64,000 nt of DNA from Anaeramoeba ignava BMAN (Eukaryota; Protista; Anaeramoebae): the NCBI GenBank assembly GCA_028826165.1, contig JAPDFW010000147.1, forward strand, positions 310,001 to 374,000, given 5' to 3'. The notes beneath the pieces are model-generated. The model searched no databases and was not told where the DNA came from. It saw nothing but the letters and a program-made list of their open reading frames with translations. Of this stretch, positions 39,814-52,139 are shown one piece after another. The translations under genes and the position numbers were made by a program. Numbering within the stretch: the first letter of the stretch is position 1; every line of letters starts with the position of its first letter.

Positions 39814-42800
39814 ATGAATAAATTTTTTTTACTTTTTTTAATTCTTTTTGGAATTGTTTTAAGTGATCCACCAACACCAATTTTTCCAGAAAAGTATAAA
39901 TTACAAGTATTACTTTCAATGCCAGCAGGAGGAAATCCAGATACTGGAGTTTATGAAGATATTATAGTTAATTATGATAACACAAACCAAAGTTTGTTTT
40001 ATTTTCAATTCAAATCAAATCAAATCAATTCAATTTAATTCAATTCAATTCAATATTCAATTCAATATTCAATTCAATTCAATATTCAATTCAATATTCA
40101 ATTCAATTCAATTCAATTCAATTCAATATTCAATTCAATTCAATATTCAATTCAATTCAATTCAATTCAATATTCAATTCAATTCAATTCAATTCAATTC
40201 AATATTCAATTCAATTCAATATTCAATTCAATTCAATTCAATTCAATTCAATTTCAATTATTCAATTCAATTATTCAATTCAATATTTCAATTCAATTTC
40301 AATTCAAATTCAAATCAAATTCAATTCAATTCAATTTATTCATTTTCAATTCAATATTCAATATTCAATTCAAATTCAATTTCAATATTCAATTCCATTC
40401 ATTATTCAATTCAATTTCAATTCAATTCAATATTCAATTTCAATATTCAATTTCAATATTCAATTCAATATTCAATTCAATTATTCAATTCAATTCAATT
40501 CAATTCAAATTTCAATTCCAAATTCAAATTTCATTTCAATAAATTCAATTCAATTCCAATATTCAATTCAATATTCAATTCAATTCAATATTTCAATATT
40601 CCAATTTCAATTTCAATTTTCATTTCACCAATTCAATTCCATTCAATATTCAATTCAATATTCAATATTCAATTCAATTCAATATTCAATTCAATTCAAT
40701 ATTCATTTCAATTCAAATTATTCAATATTCAATTATTCCAATATTAATTTCAATTTCAATTTCAATTCCAATTCAATATTTCAATTCAATTCAATTCAAT
40801 TTAATTCAATTCAATTCCAATTCAATTCGATTCAATATTCAATTCATTCAATTTCAATTCCATTCAAATTCAATATTCAATTCAATTCAATTCATTTCAT
40901 TCAATTCCAATATTCAATTCAATTATTCAATTCCAATATTCCATATTCAATTCAATTCAATTCAATATTCAATTCAATTCCAATTCAATTCAATTCAATT
41001 CAATTCAATTCAATTCAATTCAATTCAATTTAATTCCAATTCAATTCAATTCAATTCAATTCAATTCAATTCAATATTTAATTCAATTCAATTCAATTCA
41101 ATTCAATTCAATTCAATTCAATTCAATTCAATATTCAATTCAATTCAATTCAATTCAATTCAATTCAATATTCAATTCAATTTAATTCAATTTAATTTAA
41201 TTCAATTCAATTCAATTCAATTCAATATTCAATTCAATTCAATATTCAATTTTCAATTCAATTCAATTCAATTCAATTCAATTCAATTCAATTTCATTTA
41301 AAAATAAAATAGGATTAAGACTTGACTTTTATCAAGGTCTTGCAACTGAACTTTATTTACTTCAACAACAACCTTATGAATATCAAATTGTTATTGCAAA
41401 TGATCAACAAATTTGTCTTGAAATGAATGATTCAGATGCACCAACTTCTATAGATAAATTTCTTCCTGATTTAACAAATTTTACTTATCAATCAATTACT
41501 GTAGTTAGAGGATATAAAGTTTATAATTTCCAGTTTATAGAAGCAATAGGAGATAGAATAAATTATTACAATTATTATTGCACAGCAGATTCAGAACAAA
41601 GACCAATTAGATATGAGTAAATTATCTTCAGAAATATTTAAAATATAAATCTAAATATAAATATAAATAATATAAATAATATAAATAATATAAATAATAT
41701 AAATAATATAAATATAAATATAATTATAAATATAAATATAAATATAAAATATAAATATAAATATAAAATAACTAAATATAAATATAAATATAAAAATAAA
41801 AATAAAAATAAATAAAATATAAATATAAAATAAATATAAAAATATAAATATAAAATAAATATATAAATATAAATATAAATATAAATATAAATATAAATAT
41901 AAATATAAATATAAATATAAATATAAATATATAAATTGAAATATAAATATAAATATAAATATAAATATAAATATAAATATAAATATAAATCTAAATATAA
42001 ATATAAATATAAATATTAGAATGTTAGGATATGATACTGTTATTGGTTCTCATTATGATGTTTATATTTTTGATTATCTTAATTACACTGCAAATTATAC
42101 AGATGAAAATGCATTTATTATTCCACAAGTATGTAACTCATCATTAACATCCTCAATTAAAACAGACCAATCACCACGTTCTGGTTGTGGATTAACTTTT
42201 ATGAATTGGAAACTTCTTTTCCCAAGAATGAAACCAATTAGTCTTGATAATGACAATGATATTGATTCAAAATTTGAAGAATTTACACAAAAATATAATA
42301 AACAATATTCTTCTAATGATGAAAAACAAAAAAGAAAAACAATATTTAAAGAAAATGTTGAATGGATTGAAAAAGTTCATCAAGAAAATCCAAATCTTAA
42401 TTATAAACTTGGTGTTAATAGATTTGCAGATTTATCAAGAGAAGAAATTAAAGAAATTCTTCAAATTCATCAAAAACCAAAAAAATCAAGTGAAATGAAG
42501 TATGCTAGAACTTATGAATATCAAGGAATTAAAGATATTCCACAAAATTTTGATTGGAGAGATTATGGAGCTGTAACTTGGGTTAAAGATCAAGTTATGT
42601 AAGTTATTTCAAATTAAATAAATTATTTCAAATTAAATTAAATAATTTAAATTAATTTAAATAATAGATGTGGAAGTTGTTGGGCTTTTTCAAGTATTTT
42701 TTATTCAAAATAAAGAAATAAATAATATTTATTTAATATCAATAAATTTATTTTATTATTTAAAAGCAATTGGAGCAATCGAAACTGAATATTTCTTAAA

Positions 42801-43498
42801 ATATGGAACACAAAAATTATTTTCAGAAAATCAAATGATGGATTGTACTTGGGATTTTGGAAATGAAGGTAAATTCAAAAATAATAATTAAATTCAAAAA
42901 TATTTAAATTCACAAAAATAATCAAATTCAAAAATAATATTTAAATTCAAAAATAATATTTAAATTCAAAAATAATATTTAAATTCAAAAATAATTTAAA
43001 TTCAAAAACAATATTTAAGGTTGTAATGGTGGTTGGCCATGGAGTTCATATGATAGTATTTTAGCAAGAGATTCAGTTTTTTATCCAAATGAAATTTATG
43101 GGCCTTATATTGGTTGGTCAGGATATTGTAAAGAACCATATTTAGATAAATCTGATGGAATCAAATTAGCATATTATCATAATGTGACATCAGGTGATCT
43201 TGAAGCACTTAAAGAAGCAGTTTATCTTTATGGTGCAGTTGCAGTTTCTATTGATGTAACTGAAAAGATGGTTTTTTATAAAAGTGGAGTTTTTTCAGAT
43301 CCTGAATGTGGAAATACTTTTGACCATTTACTTCATTGTGTTACTCTTGTTGGATATGGAACTGAAAATCAACAAGATTATTGGTTAATTAAGAATTCTT
43401 GGTCTGTTAATTGGGGAGATGAAGGATATATTAAAATTTTAAGAGATAATAATATGTGTGGAGTTGCAACTCTTCCTCAATTCCCAGTTCTTGGTTAA
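39814..43498 (+). CDS. Papain-family C1A cysteine protease, CfaD / 26-29-kDa proteinase type, copy 1; 6 exons
   Basis: Signal peptide, N-domain MLGYDTVIGSHYDVY, I29 prodomain (NRFADLS), DWRDYGAVTWVKDQ, CGSCWAFS, CNGG, HCVTLVGYG, KNSW. Confidence 0.92.
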
Positions 43499-43719
43499 TA
43501 CCAAAAAAAAATAATTTCTTTTTCTTTTAGGGAAAATTAAATCAAATTTATTTTTTGATTTAATCTAATTCAATTCAATTCAATTCAATTCAATCCTTAA
43601 AAAAAAGCAAAATAAAAAAAAAGCAAAATAAATCAGATTAACTTTTTTTCCTTTTATTTTCTAATCTTTTTATTTTATTTTTTCTTTCATTTTTTTTCTT
43701 TTTGGATTTTTAAATTTAA

Positions 43720-46094
43720 ATGAATTCAAAATTTTGCTTTTTTTTAATTCTTTTCATTTACTTTTTTAAAATTGTTTTAAGTGATCCACCAAAACCAATT
43801 TTTCCAGAAAAGTATAAATTACAATTATTACTATCAATTCCAACAGGAGGAAACCCAGATACTGGAATTTATGAAGATATAATAATTAATTACGATAACA
43901 CAACTCAAAGTTTGTTTTATTTTTCTCCTTTTATTATAATTAAATTAATTAAAAAAGCAAAATACAAAATACAAAATACAAAATAAAAATAAAAAATAAA
44001 AATAGAAATGAGACTTGATTTTTATCAAGATCTTGCAACTGAATTTTATGTTCTTCAAGAAACTCCTTATCGTTATCAAGTTGTTATTGCAAATGATAAA
44101 AAAATTTGTGTTATTGCTGAATCTTATATTAGACCAACTTCTCTTTATCAATTTCTTCCTGATTTAACTAATTTTACTTATAAATCAATTACTGTAGTTA
44201 GAGGATATAAAGTTTATAATTTTGAATTTACAGAAACAATAGATGGAGTAACAAATTATTTCAATTATTATTGTACAGCAGATTCAGAACAAAGACCAAT
44301 TAGATTTAGGTAAATTCATATTTTCAATATAAATATAAATATAAATCTAAATCTAAATCTAAATATAAATCTAAATCTAAATCTAAATATAAATATAAAT
44401 ATAAATATAAATCTAAAAAAATCTAAATATAAATATAAATATAAATATAAAATAAATAAATATAAATAAATCTAAATTTTAAATCTAAATCTAAATATAA
44501 ATCTAAATATAAATATAAATCTAAATCAAAATAAAATATAAATCTAAATCTAAATATAAATATAAATATAAAATCTAAATCTAAATCTAAATCTAAATAT
44601 AGAAATCTAAATCTAAATCTAAATATAAAATAAATATAAAATATAAAAATATAAATTTAAATTTAAAATAAATTTAAATTTAAATCTAAATATAAATCTT
44701 TCATAGAACTTTAGGATACAGTGAACCATTAGATTCTGATTATGATCTTTATATTATTGATTATCTTAATTATACTGCAAATTATACAGATGAAAATGCA
44801 TTTATTATTCCTGAAATTTGTAATTCTTCAAATTCTTCTGATTCAATTAAAACAAATCAATCATTACGTTCTGGTTGTGGATTAACTTTTATGAATTGGA
44901 AACCTCCTTTCCCAAGAATGAAACCAATTAATAATGATATTGATAATAATAATAATGATATTGATAATAATAATAAATTTGAAGAATTTACACAAAAATA
45001 TAATAAACAATATTCTTCTAATGATGAAAAACAAAAAAGAAAAACAATATTTCAAGAAAATGTTGAATGGATTGAAAAATTTAATCAAGAAAATTCTCAT
45101 CTTAATTATAAACTTGGTGTTAATAAATTTGCAGATTTATCAAGAGAAGAAATTAAAGAAATTCTTCAAATTCATCAAAAACCAAAAAAACCAAGTGAAA
45201 TGAAATATGCTAGAACTTATGAATATCAAGGAATTAAAGATCTTCCACAAAATTTTGATTGGAGAGATTATGGAGCTGTAACTTGGGTTAAAGATCAAGT
45301 TGCGTAAGTTATTTCAAATTTAAATTCAAATTAAATTAAATAAATTCAAATTAATTTAAATAATAGATGTGGAAGTTGTTGGGCTTTTTCAGGTATTTTA
45401 TATTCAAAATAATATTTATTTAATATCAATAAATTTATTTGATTATTTAAAAGCAATTGGAGCAATCGAAACACAATATATTTTAAAATATGGAAAACAA
45501 AAATTATTTTCAGAAAATCAACTGATGGATTGTACTTGGGATTTTGGAAATGAAGGTAAATTCAAAAATAATAATTAAATTCAAAAATAATTTAAATTCA
45601 AAAATAATATTTAAGGTTGTAATGGTGGTTGGCCATGGAGTGCATATGATAGTATTTTAGCAAGAGATTCAGTTTTTTATCCAAATGAAATTTATGGGCC
45701 TTATATTGGTTGGTCAGGATATTGTAAAGAACCATATTTAGATAAATCTGATGGAATCAAATTAGCATATTATTATAACATTACACCAGGTGATATTGAA
45801 GCACTTAAAGAAGCAGTTTATCTTTATGGTGCAGTTGCAGTTTCTATTGATTATCCTGAATCAATGATGTTTTACAGAAGTGGAGTTTTTTCAGATCCTA
45901 AATGCCATACAAAATTAGATGATTTACTTCATTGTGTTACTCTTGTTGGATATGGAACTGAAAATGAAGAAGATTATTGGTTAATTAAGAATTCTTTTTC
46001 TGCTAATTGGGGAGATGAAGGATATATTAAAATTTTAAGAGATAATAATATGTGTGGAGTTGCAACTTGTCCTCAATTCCCAGTTCTTGGTTAA
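43720..46094 (+). CDS. CfaD/26-29-kDa-type C1A protease, copy 2
   Basis: Same exon structure as copy 1; catalytic C/H/N retained; KNSF replaces KNSW. Confidence 0.92.
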
Positions 46095-46325
46095 TACCAA
46101 AAAAAAATAATTTCTTTTTCTTTTAGGGAAAATTAAATCAAATTTATTTTTTGATTCAATTCAATCTAATTCAATTCAATTCAATTCAATTCAATCCTTA
46201 AAAAAAAGTAAAATAATCTCAAATTCAAAATAAATCAGATTAACTTTTTTTCCTTTTATTTTTTTTTTAATTTATTTTCTAATCTTTTTCTTTCATTTTT
46301 TTTCTTTTTGGATTTTTAAATTAAA

Positions 46326-49300
46326 ATGAGTTCAAAATTTTGCTTTTTTTTAATTCTTTTCATTTACTTTTTTAAAATTGTTTTAAGTGATCCACCAAAA
46401 CCAATTTTTCCAGAAAAGTATAAATTACAATTATTACTATCAATTCCAACAGGAGGAAACCCAGATACTGGAATTTATGAAGATATAATAATTAATTACG
46501 ATAACACAACTCAAAGTTTGTTTTATTTTTCTCCTTTTATTATAATTAAATTAATTAAAAAAGCAAAATACAAAATAAAAAATATACAAAATAAAAATAA
46601 AAAATAAAAATAGAAATGAGACTTGATTTTTATCAAGATCTTGCAACTGAATTTTATGTTCTTCAAGAAACTCCTTATCGTTATCAAGTTGTTATTGCAA
46701 ATGATAAAAAAATTTGTTTTGATGTTGAATCTTATATTAGACCAACTTCTCTTGATCAATTTCTTCCTGATTTAACTAATTTTACTTATAAATCAATTAC
46801 TGTAGTTAGAGGATATAAAGTTTATAATTTTGAATTTACAGAAACATTAGGAGAAACAACAAATTATTACAATTATTATTGTACAGCAGATTCAGAACAA
46901 AGACCAATTAGATTTAGGTAAATTCATATTTTCAATATAAATCTAAATCTAAATCTAAATATAAATCTAAATCTAAATCTAAATCTAAATCTAAATATAA
47001 ATCTAAATCTAAATCTAAATCTAAATCTAAATATAAATATAAATTTAAATCTAAATATAAATCTAAATCTAAATCTAAATCTAAATCAAAATCTAAATAT
47101 AAATATAAATATAAATATAAATCTAAATATAAATATAAATATAAATATAAATCTAAATATAAATCAAAATCTAAATTTAAATCTAAATTTAAATCTAAAT
47201 TTAAATCTAAATTTAAATCTAAATTTAAATCTAAATTTAAATCTAAATATAAAATATAAATAATCTAAATCTAAATTTAAATCTAAATATAAATATAAAT
47301 ATAAATCTAAATCTAAATCTAAATCTAAATCAAAATCTAAATTCAAATCTAAATCTAAATCTAAATATAAATATAAATATAAATATAAATCTAAATATAA
47401 ATCTAGAAATCTAAATAAATCTAAATATAAATCTAAATCTAAATATAAATCTAAATCAAAATATAAATCTAAATTTAAATTTAAATATAAATATAAATAT
47501 AAATATAAATATAAATATAAATATAAATATAAATCTAAATATAAATATAAATATAAATATAAATATAAATATAAATCTAAATCTAAATCTAAATCTAAAT
47601 ATAAATCTAAAATCTAAATCTAAATCTAAATCTAAATCAAAATATAAATATAAATATAAATATAAAATATAAATATAAATATAAAATAAATATAAATATA
47701 AATTTAACAAAAATAAATATAAATCTAAATCTAAATATAAATATAAATATAAATATAAATATAAATTTAAATCTAAATCTAAATCTAAATTTAAATCTAA
47801 ATATAAATATAAATATAAATCTAAATCTAAATCTAAATCAAAATCTAAATCTAAATCTTAAATCTAAATCTAAATCTAAATATAAATATAAATATAAATA
47901 TAAATATAAATCTAAATATAAATATAAATATAAATCTAAATATAAATCAAAATATAAATCTAAATCTAAATTTAAATATAAATATAAATCTAAATTAACC
48001 AACTTTTTTTAAAATGAAATATTTTTTGGGAAAAAATTCTAAAATTGGAAATTGTAAATCAAAACAACCCTTTCATTGTTTCATGTAATTCATTATATTG
48101 ATTGAAAATTTCCACCCCCATTTTCGGACAATTTATTTTTTTCAAAATCTTTCTTTTTTTTTATATTACGAAAATAAAAAAATCAAACATCGAATCATTC
48201 CAATAATTGAAAGAATCAAAACAAGAAAAATAAACAAAAAGGATACACATTCGTTCATCTTTATTACTATTCAATATGTTGAGATAAAATGATTCTTCAA
48301 AAACTCTCTCATATCTCGAGAAATCCCGAGATGTGGGAAAAATTAATTCAATAATTAACAACAATTTTCTATTCTAAAAAGATTTATCGATTTCGATTTT
48401 CAAACATATCGGGCCTTCTGGAGATATTAAAATTTTTTAATTAATTTTTGAAAAATTCAATAAGGATTGAAAAATTTCTTGTTTATTTGGATTTTTTCCA
48501 TTTTTTGACAAAAATCGACCTTTTTTTTCAAAACAAATTTGAATTGAATAAAGGGAAAAGAAATTAAGGAAAAGACTTCAAAGTTATTTTTCCTGAAATA
48601 TCTCATTTCTCGAAAAGTTGGTTATTTAAATCTAAATCTAAATCAAAATCTAAATTTAAATATAAATATAAATCTAAATTTAAATCTAAATATAAATATA
48701 AATCTAAATTTAAATCTAAATATAAATCTAAATCTAAATATAAATCTAAATATAAATCTAAATTTAAATTTAAATCTAAATATAAATATTTCATAGAACT
48801 TTAGGATGGAGTTATCCATTACATTCTGATTATGATCTTTATATTATTGATTATCTTAATTATACTGCAAATTATACAGATGAAAATGCATTTATTATTC
48901 CTGAAATTTGTAATTCTTCAAATTCTTCTGATTCAATTAAAACAAATCAATCATTACGTTCTGGTTGTGGATTAACTTTTATGAATTGGAAACCTCCTTT
49001 CCCAAGAATGAAACCAATTAATAATGATAATGATATTGATAATAATAATGATATTAATAATGATAATGAATTTGAAGAATTTACACAAAAATATAATAAA
49101 CAATATTCTTCTAATGATGAAAAACAAAAAAGAAAAACAATATTTCAAGAAAATGTTGAATGGATTGAAAAATTTAATCAAGAAAATTCTCATCTTAATT
49201 ATAAACTTGGTGTTAATAAATTTGCAGATTTATCAAGAGAAGAAATTAGAGAAATTATTAAAAATCATAGAAAACCAAAAAAATCAAGTGAAATGAAATA

Positions 49301-50186
49301 TGCTAGAACTTATGAATATCAAGGAATTAAAGATCTTCCACAAAATTTTGATTGGAGAGATTATGGAGCTGTAACTTGGGTTAAAGATCAAGTTGCGTAA
49401 GTTATTTCAAAATAAATTCAAATAAATTCAAATAATTTAAATTAATTTAAATAATAGATGTGGAAGTTGTTGGGCTTTTTCAGGTATTTTATTCAAAATA
49501 ATATTTATTTAATATCAATAAATTTATTTGATTATTTAAAAGCAATTGGAGCAATCGAAACACAATATATTTTAAAATATGGAAAACAAAAATTATTTTC
49601 AGAAAATCAACTGATGGATTGTACTTGGGATTTTGGAAATGAAGGTAAATTCACAAAAATAATAATTTAAATTCAAAAAAATGTATTTCAAAAATAAAAT
49701 ATTTAAGGTTGTAATGGAGGAATTCAATGGAGTGCATATGATAGTATTTTAGCAAGAGATTCAGTTTTTTATCCAAATGAAATTTATGGGCCTTATATTG
49801 GTTGGTCAGGATATTGTAAAGAACCATATTTAGATAAATCTGATGGAATCAAATTAGCATATTATTATAACATTACACCAGGTGATATTGAAGCACTTAA
49901 AGAAGCAGTTTATCTTTATGGTGCAGTTGCAGTTACTATTGATTATCCTGATTCAATGATGTTTTACAGAAGTGGAGTTTTTTCAGATCCTGAATGCAAT
50001 CAGGGTTGGGAAGAACTACTTCATTGTGTTGTTGTTGTTGGATATGGAACTGAAAATGAAGAAGATTATTGGTTAATTAAGAATTCTTTTTCTGCTAATT
50101 GGGGAGATGAAGGATATATTAAAATTTTAAGAGATAATAATATGTGTGGAGTTGCAACTTGTCCTTTATTTCCCGTTCTTGGTTAA
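46326..50186 (+). CDS. CfaD/26-29-kDa-type C1A protease, copy 3 (MITE-like insertion in intron 2)
   Basis: Same exon structure; CGSCWAFS, CNGGIQW, HCVVVVGYG, KNSF. Confidence 0.92.
47998..48622. mobile_element. 625-bp non-autonomous TIR DNA transposon (MITE-like)
   Basis: Ends ACCAACTTTT...AAAAGTTGGT form a perfect 10-bp inverted repeat that continues imperfectly for ~35 bp; flanked by TA on both sides; non-repetitive interior; absent from the equivalent intron of copies 1 and 2. Confidence 0.8.
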
Positions 50187-50310
50187 TACCAAAAAAAAAT
50201 AATTTCTTTTTCTTTTAGGGAAAACTTTCTTTTTTTTTCATTTCAAGAAAAACAAGAAAGAAAAACAAAGATTTATTTTTCTTTTACTAAATTAATTCAA
50301 AAAAAAAAAT

Positions 50311-51987
50311 CTATTTTTGGATTTCTTTTGATGATTTGCCATCAGGTAATTGTTCGTTTTTTGTATCTTTTGGAATTAATAAACAAGCGATAAAAGAAGC
50401 CAAACTGATTCCACTATAAATGAAAATTGTTGTATTTGATTCTTGAGAAATCATATAAGGAAGAAAAGGAGAAAGAATTCCTGAAATACAAGAAACAGCA
50501 GTGCAAGATCCCAAAGCAACTGCTCTAATAGGAGTAGGAAATAATTCTGCAGTGATTATCAATACAATATCAAAAGTGGCAAGAACAAATGCACGAGCAA
50601 CCATAATTGCAATTGCTGAAACAACTATATTTTTAGCAAATCCACAAACAAAAGAAGCAATACAAACTCCAATCCAAAGATAAGCCATTGATTTTTTTCT
50701 GCCTAGTGATTCGATAATAAAAATCCCCAAAATTATTCCTGGAATTTCTGCGCCTCCAGCTATCAAAGAAAGCATAAATGTATTGCTTGATTTTGAGCCA
50801 AAAAATAATGGAGTCAAAAAAATCATTCCATAATAAACAAATGTACTTGTCATCCAAATAAAGAAAAAGAGAAGTGTTGTTCTTCGAACTCCATATTTAT
50901 TGGAAAATAAATCTTTGAATTTGCCTCTTTCTGCTGGAGTTTCTTTAGTTGAATTTATTAGTTGATTTTTCTCTTGTGAATCTAAAAGATTTTCATTTTC
51001 ATTTTCAATTTCATTTCCATTTTGATTTTGAATTTGAATTTCATTTTCATTTTGATTTTCATTTTCATTTTCATTTTCATTTTCATTTTCATTTTGAATT
51101 TGATTTTGATTTTGATTTTGAATTTGAATTTGAATTTCATTTTGATTTTGATTTTGATTTTCATTTTGATTTTGATTTTGATTTTGATTTTGAATTTCAT
51201 TTTGATTTTCATCTTCATCTTCTTCTGTATCACTATTTGTAACTAAAATAAAACCTTCAGAAAATGGTTTCTTATTCATTTTTGAAGCTCTAATCAAAAC
51301 ATTTGTTGCTTTTTCAATTTGACCTGAAACTAACAAGAAATGAGGAGATTCAGGAATTGTTTTATAAAAAATCATGAGTAACAAATAAGGTAAAAAAATA
51401 CTAAATAAAGAATATTTCCATTGAATTTTCTCAATACTAATCCAAGACCACAAAGTTTGAAGGATTAAACCAATTGACCAAAAAGATTCAACAACAAGTA
51501 AAGCTTTTCCTCTATTTTTACTGGGAAGATATTCACTAAATAAAGTTGAAGCGATATTTGTTGCTCCAATTCCAAAACCTGATCCAAATTCAAAAAAAAC
51601 AAGCAACCAATAGTTTGAAACTAGAATAAGAACTGCGAAAATACAAGTAATAATTCCAGGAATAATAAATATCAATTTTCTTCCATAAATATCTGAAAGC
51701 CAACCCCAAATCATTGATCCAACAAGAAATCCTGTAAACATTGAAGCAACCAATATTGCTGATTTCCAATTACTAATCCCCCATTCATCTTGTAATATTG
51801 GAACAATAAAACTTAATGCGGTTAAAAATGCTGAATTTAGAATTAAACATAATCCTGAAAGAAAAAGAACTAATATTTGAAATTTGCCAAATGAAATGTG
51901 TTCTATTGCCTCATCAATTGTTATTTTTTTGGTTCTTGTTGTTTTTTTGTCAAAACTATTTTGGATTAAAGTTTGATATTCGTTCAT
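50311..51987 (-). CDS. MFS transporter, SV2/SVOP-like (intronless) with a QN/EN insert in the central loop
   Basis: IDEAIEHISFGKFQ, WGWLSDIYGRK (motif A), FSEYLPSKNRG, PESP, IESLGRKK, AELFPTPIRA; about 12 TM. Confidence 0.9.
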   Translation of the reverse strand: MNEYQTLIQNSFDKKTTRTKKITIDEAIEHISFGKFQILVLFLSGLCLILNSAFLTALSFIVPILQDEWGISNWKSAILVASMFTGFLVGSMIWGWLSDIYGRKLIFIIPGIITCIFAVLILVSNYWLLVFFEFGSGFGIGATNIASTLFSEYLPSKNRGKALLVVESFWSIGLILQTLWSWISIEKIQWKYSLFSIFLPYLLLMIFYKTIPESPHFLLVSGQIEKATNVLIRASKMNKKPFSEGFILVTNSDTEEDEDENQNEIQNQNQNQNQNENQNQNQNEIQIQIQNQNQNQIQNENENENENENENQNENEIQIQNQNGNEIENENENLLDSQEKNQLINSTKETPAERGKFKDLFSNKYGVRRTTLLFFFIWMTSTFVYYGMIFLTPLFFGSKSSNTFMLSLIAGGAEIPGIILGIFIIESLGRKKSMAYLWIGVCIASFVCGFAKNIVVSAIAIMVARAFVLATFDIVLIITAELFPTPIRAVALGSCTAVSCISGILSPFLPYMISQESNTTIFIYSGISLASFIACLLIPKDTKNEQLPDGKSSKEIQK

Positions 51988-52139
51988 AAAACAAAATTAA
52001 AAAATTTAAAACAATTTAAACTTAAAATTGACTATTTCAATTTAAAGAAAAATGAAAGAAAAATGAAAATTCAAAATTTATTTATTTTTTTTTATTGAAA
52101 AATTTTGAATTTTAAATTTTGTTTTATGAATTTTGAATT

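Noticed and set aside
48098-48364. Short ORFs inside the MITE as transposase remnants
   Set aside because: No DDE or HTH motifs are recognisable, and their lengths are expected by chance.
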